DNA from: Magnetococcales bacterium
Lineage (GTDB): Bacteria > Pseudomonadota > Magnetococcia > Magnetococcales > JADFWU01
Direction of reading: 5' to 3'
DNA length: 64,000 nucleotides
NCBI GenBank assembly: GCA_015234045.1
Contig: JADFWU010000013.1
Location: 253-64,252, forward strand
Below the pieces are notes generated by a model. That model was not told where the DNA came from. It made no database searches and saw nothing but the letters and a program-made list of their open reading frames with translations. Positions 35,830 to 44,007 of the stretch are shown here, piece after piece. Both the position numbers and the translations under genes were made by a program. Numbering within the stretch: position 1 is the stretch's first letter; each line of letters starts with the position of its first letter.

Positions 35830-36221
35830 GATGCTAATAGTGTCAGTTTTACTCAATCTTTTCCAGGTATTCTAGGGCTGTACCAAACAAAAAGTGCTTT
35901 CATGACACATTTGTTCCGAAGCCCGCAAAACCTAATTCCAGCATAGCACAAACCCGGTTGGCTGATTCCCTGTTTCACGCTACATATTGCCGCTGACCAA
36001 TCACCTGCGCTATTATCATGCACTGGCGCGTGGGGATGCGCTCTCCCGATCAACAAAAAGAACCTTGAATCTTCCCGACGGGAACACCTGAAAAGGGTGG
36101 GCCAAGCGCTTTTTTTTGCCCTCTTTTTCTCGTTCAGAACCTTTCCCCGCACCCTTTGTTAGTCTGTTCAATTGAAAACAGATCGTTATCCTCGCCTGAC
36201 CATCTAAATAAAAAAACAGTC

Positions 36222-37610
36222 ATGGAAATTTGGGACAAAGTACTGGATGCATTAAAAGAGCAGGTTTCCGAGCAAGTATTCAGTGCCTGGATATCTCCAC
36301 TACGCCCGGCTGGTCCCATTCGGGGCAGTGAGTTGGAAATTCTGGTGGGCAATGACTTTTCCCTTGATTGGGTGAAAAGTCGCTATGACTCGCTACTGAC
36401 CGCTTCATTCTCTGCCGAAGCGGGTCGCGCCATCACCATTGTCTACACAATAGACACCAACGCCCCAATCAAGCCCGCCCAAGAAGATAATGCAAAATCC
36501 GCAGAGCAAAAAGACACCCCCGAAACACCAAAACAAGCCGCGAAACCAAAACAAGCCGATCCTTCTGATGAATCCACCACCCTGCCCCGTGAAAGCGGGT
36601 TAGACCCGCGCTACACCTTTGACTCATTCGTGGTCGGTGGCTGTAATCAGTTTGTCCATGCCGCTTCCGAACGCGTAGCGGAAGCCCCGGCAACCGCTTA
36701 CAACCCGCTGTTTATCTACGGCGGTGTCGGTCTGGGTAAAACGCATTTGATGCATGCTATCGGACATAAAGTGCTTGAAGATCGCCCCGATGCGCGGGTG
36801 CTCTATATCTCCTCGGAAAAATTCATGACCGAGTTGATCAACTCATTGCGCTTTAAACGGGTATTCAATTTTAAAGAGGAATTCCGGTCAGTCGATCTAC
36901 TATTGATTGATGATATTCAGTTCATCGCTGGAAAGAAGGCCACTCAGGAAGAGTTTTTTCACACCTTCAACGCCCTGTTCGAAGCCAATAAGCAGATCAT
37001 CATGACCTCAGATCGGTTTCCCAATGAGATCGACAATCTGGAAGAGCGCCTGCGCTCTCGCTTCGGCTGGGGCTTGGTGGCGGATATTCAACCGCCTGAG
37101 CTGGAAACCCGTGTGGCAATTCTGAAGAAAAAAGCCAGCATGGAAGGCTTGGAACTGCAAGATGATGTGGCTTTTTTCCTCGCCAACGCCATTCAAACCA
37201 ACGTCCGGGAACTGGAAGGCGCTTTGGTGCGTGTTTCAGCCTTCTCGTCACTCACCAGACAGCCGGTGACCATGGAGTTGGTCAAAGAGTCGTTGCGGGA
37301 TATCGTCAAAGGCCAGGAGCGCCAGATTACCATTGAAGGCATTCAGAAAACCGTCTGCGCCTTCTATAAAATCCGCCCACAGGATATGCGTTCAAACAAA
37401 CGCTCACGCCTGTTTGCCCATCCGCGACAGATTGCCATGTACCTCTGCAAACAACTGACCCGCCACTCCTACCCGGAAGTAGGTCATCAGTTTGGTGGAC
37501 GCGACCACACCACGGTTCTTTATGCCGTCCGCAGCATTGATAAAAAAATGAAAAGCGATGGCAATTTGGCCGAAGAGGTTGAGACACTCAAGAACATGAT
37601 TACCAAGTAA
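36222..37610 (+). CDS. dnaA: Chromosomal replication initiator protein DnaA
   Basis: N-terminus MEIWDKVLDALKEQV..., Walker A GGVGLGKTHL, Walker B LLLIDDIQF, and the DNA-binding signature FGGRDHTTVLYA. The true ATG is at 36222; the track start 36156 adds 22 residues. Confidence 0.95.
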   Translation: MEIWDKVLDALKEQVSEQVFSAWISPLRPAGPIRGSELEILVGNDFSLDWVKSRYDSLLTASFSAEAGRAITIVYTIDTNAPIKPAQEDNAKSAEQKDTPETPKQAAKPKQADPSDESTTLPRESGLDPRYTFDSFVVGGCNQFVHAASERVAEAPATAYNPLFIYGGVGLGKTHLMHAIGHKVLEDRPDARVLYISSEKFMTELINSLRFKRVFNFKEEFRSVDLLLIDDIQFIAGKKATQEEFFHTFNALFEANKQIIMTSDRFPNEIDNLEERLRSRFGWGLVADIQPPELETRVAILKKKASMEGLELQDDVAFFLANAIQTNVRELEGALVRVSAFSSLTRQPVTMELVKESLRDIVKGQERQITIEGIQKTVCAFYKIRPQDMRSNKRSRLFAHPRQIAMYLCKQLTRHSYPEVGHQFGGRDHTTVLYAVRSIDKKMKSDGNLAEEVETLKNMITK

Positions 37611-38100
37611 AGCCATAGAAAGGACTTAAATTGACGGGAAGCAACCGCCGTTTACGCTCCTTAGCATACTTAGCTGAACGCGTTGTTTGTTCAGCAAGAT
37701 AAGCGACAAGTTGAGCGTCCCAGGAAGGCGAACCAAAGTTTTTAAGGAGACTAAGAGTCTCTGGTTCAATTTGATACACAGCTTTGGGACTATTAACTGG
37801 GCGATCTGGCTCATCTGGATTATATAAGGCAATACCAGCATCTACAAACTGATGCATTGTTTGCCGACGAAAAGTCTCACGAGTGTTGGGTGCATACGCC
37901 TTTCCATAGTGATCTCGACTGAAATCCATCATGGGCGTAATGCCTTTCAGTGGACTTTCGGCTTGTATCCAGCTTTTCTCAGGAGAAAGATCCAACAGTG
38001 CAAGAAGACAAAGTGCTGAACGCTCATTCTGCTGAGCACGAGGCATTTCAAGCGCATCAAGAATAACGATAGCTTCTGTAATGTTGCGATGAAGACTCAT
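37600..38100 (-). pseudogene. Truncated BsuBI/PstI-like type II restriction endonuclease (N-terminal HTH domain only)
   Basis: 166 aa. The string ..PRAQQNERSALCLLALL...YAPNTRETFRRQTMHQFVDAGI..NPD.PDRPVNSPKAVYQI matches my recollection of the BsuBI/PstI endonuclease N-terminal domain. Full-length enzymes are ~320 aa. The ORF runs into the 3' end of dnaA and lacks a catalytic half. Family assignment is from memory only. Confidence 0.5.
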
Positions 38101-38937
38101 GCAATGCTTTCAATTTTTTGATCAATATTTTGTTGAGAAAAAGGACTGTCAACTTTTTTAACCCACTGCCCAATCTTGATAAGAGTATCACGATTTGGAT
38201 ACATCATGCGACGAAGGTCTGTCACATTGACTTGAGTATGACCACTGAAGCAACGAAAGTGCCGATCAACTGCTGATGAATTTCCTAAACGACCGATAAT
38301 AAGGACCATTACAAAAACTCCGCGGGATAATGGCCACGAGTTGCCCTAGTGGTTCCAATAATGCAAGCGATAGAGATAGAAATGCAGAGTATAAATTTAC
38401 TGTTTCAATACCCACTGATCTCAGAATTTTTCGATAGTGCGAAGTATTCTTAATCTTATGATAGGGCGGATTCAGGATTGCGTGAGTAAAACGCTGGCCA
38501 CTTCCATCTCGCAGATTTAAAACAGCATCATCAACAAAATCAGTCGTGATAATTCGCGATCTCAGAGAGCTCTGTCCCCTCAACAAATGCAGGGTTTGCC
38601 TTAAAGAGTCGATGAGGTTCTCATCAATTTCATAAGCGGTAAGATCAATACGGCTGTTTTCTCCGTGACGACGGAGAAAAGCGTGTAATAGCGCTCCTCT
38701 TCCAGCCCCAGCATCAAGAAGACGGATTGTTTCCCCTCTTCTAGGAAGAAACAACAAACTCATAAAATCAGCAATGGTTGTTGGCGTTACAAATTGGCAG
38801 AGAGAAGATTTTCTTTCAGAACATGCAGGCGGCACAAGTGCAAAAGGCTCCTCAAAATCCCGAAGAGAATCAAGCCGATGCGTTTGTAAAAAACTGCTTT
38901 TTTCAAGACTCATTGAAAGACCGCCGCTACTAAGCAA
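38097..38937 (-). pseudogene. Frameshifted/truncated gamma-class N6-adenine DNA methyltransferase (PstI/Eco57I-like)
   Basis: SAM motif LLDAGAGRGALL precedes the catalytic ILNPPYHKI. The reading frame breaks near 38266-38309: a 223-aa ORF then a 70-aa ORF in another frame. The combined length (~290 aa) is well short of typical ~500-aa enzymes. GC is ~33% in a hand-counted 60-nt sample. Confidence 0.6.
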
Positions 38938-39031
38938 GATAAAAGATCAGGACCATGTAAAAAGCATAGCTAATGGGTATCAAACAAGCTTCTATCCTGC
39001 ACAACTGGGACGATTATTTTTTTCGTGGCCC

Positions 39032-39478
39032 TTAACCCGCTCGTTTATGAACAACAGCCCCCTCGGCTGAATCAATGGCATACCCCTGCCGTTTCCACTC
39101 CATCACACCGCCGATCAATTCACACGCTTCCAGCTCCTGTTCAAGAAACACCTCGACCGCAATCTCCGTGCGCGGGCCAGAACGGCAGATCAGAATGTAC
39201 TGAGAATCCTTTGAAAAAAGTGATGCATCAAACTGTTTTCCAAACGATTCACTGAATATGCTGGTGTCCTGTCGGTTTTCCAAATTATGTGCACAGGGAA
39301 ACAGCTGAGCACCAGGAATGATGCCCTCTTTATGCTCCATATCGGTTCGTATATCGAGAATCACCACATTGTCCGGCCTCAGTGCGACAATTCGATCCAG
39401 CTGTTCCGCTGAGATCATCTCATTGAACAGCGCCTTTTCCATAATCTCTTCGGCTTCGTTACGTTCACTTGGTTCCAT
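39032..39478 (-). CDS. Rhodanese-domain protein (sulfurtransferase)
   Basis: 148 aa. Active-site loop CRSGPRT. Rhodanese-like VVILDIRT...EHKEGIIPGA. Confidence 0.8.
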   Translation of the reverse strand: MEPSERNEAEEIMEKALFNEMISAEQLDRIVALRPDNVVILDIRTDMEHKEGIIPGAQLFPCAHNLENRQDTSIFSESFGKQFDASLFSKDSQYILICRSGPRTEIAVEVFLEQELEACELIGGVMEWKRQGYAIDSAEGAVVHKRAG

Positions 39479-39525
39479 TATCTATCACCCGAATAACACG
39501 TACACTCAATAGGAGTAAAAGCAGT

Positions 39526-39945
39526 CTAATCCACCTTTTTTTCCTTAAAGAAATCCCGATATTTCAGGTCATGACCATTGATATGATTTCGCAACCAGTC
39601 CAGCAGAAAGCTTTTGATATCTGCAATATAGCGAGCATCCTGAGCTTTGACCTTTTTCTTGAGCTCTGCCAAAGCATCAATCAATGCGTGATGCTGTTTC
39701 AGGTGCTCCTCATAGAGTGGGTAACCCTGTTCCACCATGAGTGTTTCTTCAGCCTTGAAATGTACTTTGGTATATTTATCCAACCGCTTAAACAAAATTC
39801 TGATCTGATCCCATTCATCTTCAAAAGGTTCGCGTTCCTGGAACCGTACAACCAATCGGTTGAACTCAACGATATAAAACAGCAAACGCTGATGGTCTTT
39901 GTTGAACTGTTTAACACCAACATCAGCAAGAGAAAGCTCAGACAT
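39526..39945 (-). CDS. Hemerythrin-like metal-binding protein (bacteriohemerythrin)
   Basis: 139 aa. H..L at the N-terminus, HFKAEETLM....YP.YEEH...H, and the C-terminal WL..HI...D pattern typical of bacteriohemerythrins. Confidence 0.8.
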   Translation of the reverse strand: MSELSLADVGVKQFNKDHQRLLFYIVEFNRLVVRFQEREPFEDEWDQIRILFKRLDKYTKVHFKAEETLMVEQGYPLYEEHLKQHHALIDALAELKKKVKAQDARYIADIKSFLLDWLRNHINGHDLKYRDFFKEKKVD

Positions 39946-40183
39946 AACGACCTCAGTTCAGATATCACGGATGAAAACAGCGCACTATCCACATCCACGA
40001 TGCTTTAGGAGAAATCAGAATAATTGATTGTGGCGAAATCGGCAAAATGTGTCAATTCATACTGGTGGCCAGCTATTTTGCCACGATGGGATCATGTGTG
40101 GTATTTTTAAAATTGTCATCCAGATTTCCAATCCATGACAAAACAATTTGACCTCAACAGCCCTGAAGTTAAGGAAACAGTCC

Positions 40184-40585
40184 ATGGTGACAACGTTCCA
40201 GATTCAGACTCAAGCACCGCAAACATTTGTCGAAATCACCGACAAAGTGGTGGAGATTGTCCGACAGTCTGGCATCACTTCCGGCACCTGCACACTTTTT
40301 ATTCCACACACCACAGCAGGCATCACGATCAATGAAAACTGCGATCCTGATGTTGTCCATGACATGATTCACGCCCTGAATGGCCTGATTCCCGTTCACG
40401 GCCCTTACCGCCATGCCGAAGGTAACAGTCATGCACATATCAAAGCCAGCATGATGGGATCGAGCGTGACCATTCCGATCACCGGAAACGCGCTGGCGTT
40501 TGGCACTTGGCAGGGTATTTTCTTCACAGAATTTGACGGCCCTCGAACACGTAAAGTACGTGTCGCTGTTCAAAACGACGCTTAA
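40184..40585 (+). CDS. yjbQ: YjbQ/UPF0047 family protein (secondary thiamine-phosphate synthase-like)
   Basis: HTTAGITINENCDPDVVHD...GNSHAHIKASMMGSS...LAFGTWQGIFFTEFDGPRTRKV. ATG at 40184 has an AAGGAAAC Shine-Dalgarno. Confidence 0.85.
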   Translation: MVTTFQIQTQAPQTFVEITDKVVEIVRQSGITSGTCTLFIPHTTAGITINENCDPDVVHDMIHALNGLIPVHGPYRHAEGNSHAHIKASMMGSSVTIPITGNALAFGTWQGIFFTEFDGPRTRKVRVAVQNDA

Positions 40586-40602
40586 CAGGCCGCATAATAA
40601 TT

Positions 40603-42441
40603 ATGAATGCTCTCCCTGCGCTTACCGACCCTCAAGTACTGGCCACCTTGGCGATTTTGGTTCTCGCCACATTTTTCTTCGCACGGGGTCGAATTTCAAT
40701 TGCCCTGGTCTCAGCCGGACTGCTCGTAGCCCTGATGGCCACCTACCAGATCATACCGGTGATCGACCCGGATAGCGGTGAAAACCTTCTCCATCCAACC
40801 CAGCTCCTGTTAGGCTTCGCCAATCCCGCTTTGGCCACTGTCATTGCACTCTTGGTGGTAGGTGAAGGCGTTTCCCGTACGGGTGCGTTAGCCATATTGG
40901 CACAGTGGATTCAAAAAATCGCCGTGGGCAACTGGCGCATGGCCATGGCGCTTTCTTTGACCGTTGTTGCCATCTCCAGCGCATTTCTCAACAATGCGCC
41001 TATTGTGGTGATCTTTCTGCCTATTCTGGTGACAGTGGCCAAGGAGATGTCCATATCTCCGTCAAAACTGTTAATGCCGCTCTCCTTTGCCTCTATTCTC
41101 GGCGGCTCCTGTACATTGATCGGCAGTTCTACGAATATTCTGGTCGCAGATTTTGCCAACAAATCCCAAGTGATGCAGGTAGAGATGTTCACCTTTTCCA
41201 GTTTGGGACTGGTCATCCTGGTAGTGGGCTTGATCTATTTGATCTTCATCGCGCCAAGACTGCTTCCCGACATCGACAACACCGGTCAAGGTGAACGAGA
41301 TGCACCATTTCTGGTACAAATGGAAATTCTTGTCAATTCACCTTTGGTGGGCCAGCGCCCCAACGATCTGTCTAACGAATTATTTAAAAATGTTGAGGTT
41401 CACCGCGTCATCCGAGGCAACCGCAATTTTGTTGGGGTTTTCAGAAATGTTTCTCTGAAAGAGGGTGACACCCTGGTAATGACCGGTGCTATGCGGGATC
41501 TGAAAAAATTGGAGTGGGATGCCCGTGGAAATTTGATACCCGGACTACCCGGAACCCCGCCGCCAGATCCAAAAGAACAGAAAAACCAAATGTTGGCTGA
41601 AGTGGTCATCACACCGAACAGCCCCTTTGTTGGTCAAACGCTCTCTGACATCCGATTTCGTGAAAACTTTGGCGGCCCTGCGGTCATCGGCCTGCAACGC
41701 TTTCGACAACGCGTCTACCGACGTATCACCCAGATCCCGCTTCGCGGTGGTGATCTATTGATGATTCATGGTGAAGAGAAAGCGATCAAAAATTTGATGG
41801 ATCGCAGTGAGTTCATCCTGTTCTCTGGCGCTCAAGAGACCATAGGAAACCCACAAAAAGCCCGCGTTGCACTGGGCATCTTGCTGGGCATCATCACCCT
41901 TGCGGTGACACCTCTGTCCAATATGCTCATTTTGTCATTTATGGGGGCCTTTGCCATGCTGGCATCCGGCTGTCTGCGACTGGAGCAGGGCTATCGGGCT
42001 GTACCGCCAGAACTGATCCTACTCATTGGATCAACGCTGGCTCTAGGCAATGCCATGGAACTCACCGGCACAGCCCATGTATTGGCCCATGAACTGGTTC
42101 AAATAACCGCTGGAGGTTCGCCCTGGATGGTACTTTCACTGTTTATGATGCTGGTGATGATCTTTACCAACATCATATCCAACAACGCCACAGCGATTCT
42201 ATTCGCACCCATCGCTGTTGGTGCGGCCAATATGCTTAACGTCAGCGCAGTGCCCTTTTTGATGGCAGTTATTTTTGGTGCTAACGCCGCTTTTGCTTCA
42301 CCCATTGGCTATAAAACCAACTTGCTGGTACTCAAAGCTGGCGGCTACAGCTTCGCGGACTTCTTCCGAACCGGCCTTCCGCTGAACCTGCTCTCCTGGC
42401 TGTTGGCCAGTCTGTTGATTCCCTGGTTCTGGCCGCTCTGA
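40603..42441 (+). CDS. SLC13/DASS-family permease with two central TrkA-C (RCK_C) domains
   Basis: 612 aa. Multiple TM helices flank two soluble TrkA-C-like segments (VEVHRVIRGN...GDTLVMTG and LAEVVITPNSPFVGQTL...GDLLMIHG). This architecture is typical of this permease family. Confidence 0.8.
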   Translation: MNALPALTDPQVLATLAILVLATFFFARGRISIALVSAGLLVALMATYQIIPVIDPDSGENLLHPTQLLLGFANPALATVIALLVVGEGVSRTGALAILAQWIQKIAVGNWRMAMALSLTVVAISSAFLNNAPIVVIFLPILVTVAKEMSISPSKLLMPLSFASILGGSCTLIGSSTNILVADFANKSQVMQVEMFTFSSLGLVILVVGLIYLIFIAPRLLPDIDNTGQGERDAPFLVQMEILVNSPLVGQRPNDLSNELFKNVEVHRVIRGNRNFVGVFRNVSLKEGDTLVMTGAMRDLKKLEWDARGNLIPGLPGTPPPDPKEQKNQMLAEVVITPNSPFVGQTLSDIRFRENFGGPAVIGLQRFRQRVYRRITQIPLRGGDLLMIHGEEKAIKNLMDRSEFILFSGAQETIGNPQKARVALGILLGIITLAVTPLSNMLILSFMGAFAMLASGCLRLEQGYRAVPPELILLIGSTLALGNAMELTGTAHVLAHELVQITAGGSPWMVLSLFMMLVMIFTNIISNNATAILFAPIAVGAANMLNVSAVPFLMAVIFGANAAFASPIGYKTNLLVLKAGGYSFADFFRTGLPLNLLSWLLASLLIPWFWPL

Positions 42442-42464
42442 TTTCTGAGGACCACGGAAAAATT

Positions 42465-42624
42465 ATAGTGATTTCGATCCAAAACGTGACACTAAATCAC
42501 AACCTGAGTGGAAGCTCTGGTGATATTTTTGCGCCGCTTTATGATATGCAAGGCAGATCATCAGAGCAAAAACATCACCAGGGATGGCACGGCTGACTGT
42601 TCAAATTTTAGACGAAACCATTAT
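42465..42624 (+). repeat. MITE-like interspersed element, copy 4 (160 bp)
   Basis: Same architecture, with the best-preserved terminal inverted repeats. The right terminus (ATTAT) contains the TAA stop (42621-42623, minus strand) of the HD-GYP gene. Confidence 0.85.
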
Positions 42625-43712
42625 ACCCTATCAAACAACTTCGGCTGCGGCATAAAGTCGCGTGGAGTCAGCCCCCAACGCGTGGATGACTCCCGCCCCA
42701 GGATCTTGTAACCATGGAGGCCCTCTTCCTTACAAACCAACAGGTCAACTATTTCTGGCTCGACTTTCTGTTTTATATTCGTGTCATACACCACCTTGAC
42801 CACAGGATGCAGCACGCTTTCGGTGGTATTGGTGATCACCACAGCCAACAAGCCATTCTCCAGTTTAACCAATGATCCAGTTGGATATATGCCTACGCAT
42901 TGGACAAACTTATGGAACAAGTCAACATTGAAATCCCGTTCACTCCACTGCAACATGCGCTGAAGCGCCACATGTGGATCGTTTCCTTTGTGATAACACC
43001 GATCCGATGTGATGGCATCATAGACATCAACAATAGCCGCCATCTGACCGAACAGGCTGATTTCATCGCCTTTCAGCTTGTTCATATAACCGGTGCCATT
43101 GTAGCGCTCGTGGTGCTCTGCACAGATACTGATGGCGGTTTGGGAAATGCCAGGGCTGCGTGACAAAATTTCAACGCCGCGCGGCACATGCCCTTTCATG
43201 ATGCCATACTCTTCGTCAGTCAGTTTACCTTCCTTATTAAGCACTTCCGGCGGTGTCCGCATTTTGCCGATATCATGCAACATACCACCTATACCGACTT
43301 CTACCAGCTGATCAGAATCCATGCCCAAAGTCTGATGAAACGACATCAAAAACACACCAACATTCACCGAATGCATAAAGGTGTATTCATCATGTTGCTT
43401 CAACTGCGCCAGAGTAAGCAGCGCATCCCGATTGGTAAACATGGACTCAGCCATGACCTTTACCGTTTCACGAATAGGCCCAACGTTGATCTGCTGTCCC
43501 ATCCGCACATCTTCGAACATGCTGCCGATGATCTTACGGGCTCTGGCTTTGGTTTCCGTGGCATGAGGAAGCTCTTCAGCAAGATTATCCACCTGCGCCA
43601 TACCCTGGTGGATGGCTTCGTTACTACCACCACGAGCTGGTGCCGGGTCCAAATCATCCATCTGAGCACGAAGCAGTTCCAGTGCATCTTCTTCCGTAGC
43701 GTGTTTTGACAT
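42621..43712 (-). CDS. HD-GYP domain c-di-GMP phosphodiesterase (variant GYM motif)
   Basis: 363 aa. HDIGK, HHERYNGTGYMNKLKGDEI (GYP changed to GYM). About 65% identical by eye to the neighbouring HD-GYP over the catalytic domain. Confidence 0.85.
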   Translation of the reverse strand: MSKHATEEDALELLRAQMDDLDPAPARGGSNEAIHQGMAQVDNLAEELPHATETKARARKIIGSMFEDVRMGQQINVGPIRETVKVMAESMFTNRDALLTLAQLKQHDEYTFMHSVNVGVFLMSFHQTLGMDSDQLVEVGIGGMLHDIGKMRTPPEVLNKEGKLTDEEYGIMKGHVPRGVEILSRSPGISQTAISICAEHHERYNGTGYMNKLKGDEISLFGQMAAIVDVYDAITSDRCYHKGNDPHVALQRMLQWSERDFNVDLFHKFVQCVGIYPTGSLVKLENGLLAVVITNTTESVLHPVVKVVYDTNIKQKVEPEIVDLLVCKEEGLHGYKILGRESSTRWGLTPRDFMPQPKLFDRV

Positions 43713-43774
43713 GATGATCTATTCCTGGCTTATCATGAGTGGAGAAGAGCTCTCACAGCATATTACTGATTTTT

Positions 43775-43941
43775 ACAGTTATTTCGATCAGAAATTAGAC
43801 AATGAATCACAACCTGAGTGGAGCCATGGTGATATTTTTGCACCGCTTTTGATATGAGAAACAGATCATCAGAGCAAAAATATCACCATGGCTGAAATGG
43901 CTGAAACGGCTGAATGTTCAAATTTTAGACGAAACACCGAT
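43775..43941 (+). repeat. MITE-like interspersed element, copy 5 (167 bp)
   Basis: Most divergent copy. The central hairpin is a perfect 18 bp (CCATGGTGATATTTTTGC/GCAAAAATATCACCATGG). It has a small GGCTGAAA(T/C) duplication. Confidence 0.8.
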
Positions 43942-44007
43942 ACATCAGAATATCTTATTCGAACAGCGCTTCCGTTTCGAGACAATTATCACAACATAGT
44001 GACCATA

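Noticed and set aside
35925-35940. Sigma-54-like motif TGGAATTAGGTTTTGC (minus strand) upstream of cassette gene D
   Set aside because: GG and GC are separated by 11 nt rather than the strictly conserved 10 nt.
36186-36194. DnaA-box-like TTATCCTCG just upstream of the dnaA start (autoregulation or oriC)
   Set aside because: It is a single 7/9 match, and I found no cluster of boxes in 35857-36221 by eye. This remains unresolved rather than supported.
35853-36352. Minus-strand ORFs of 99 aa and 72 aa in the D-dnaA intergenic region
   Set aside because: They overlap the dnaA 5' region and its promoter area. They have no start signals and no recognisable features, so they are likely spurious.
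39985-40000. Tandem DnaA-box-like motifs CTATCCACA / CATCCACGA in the hemerythrin-yjbQ intergenic region, as a possible oriC
   Set aside because: There are only two imperfect boxes (8/9 and ~6-7/9) and no clear AT-rich unwinding repeats. This is insufficient to call an origin without a position-weight-matrix and GC-skew analysis.
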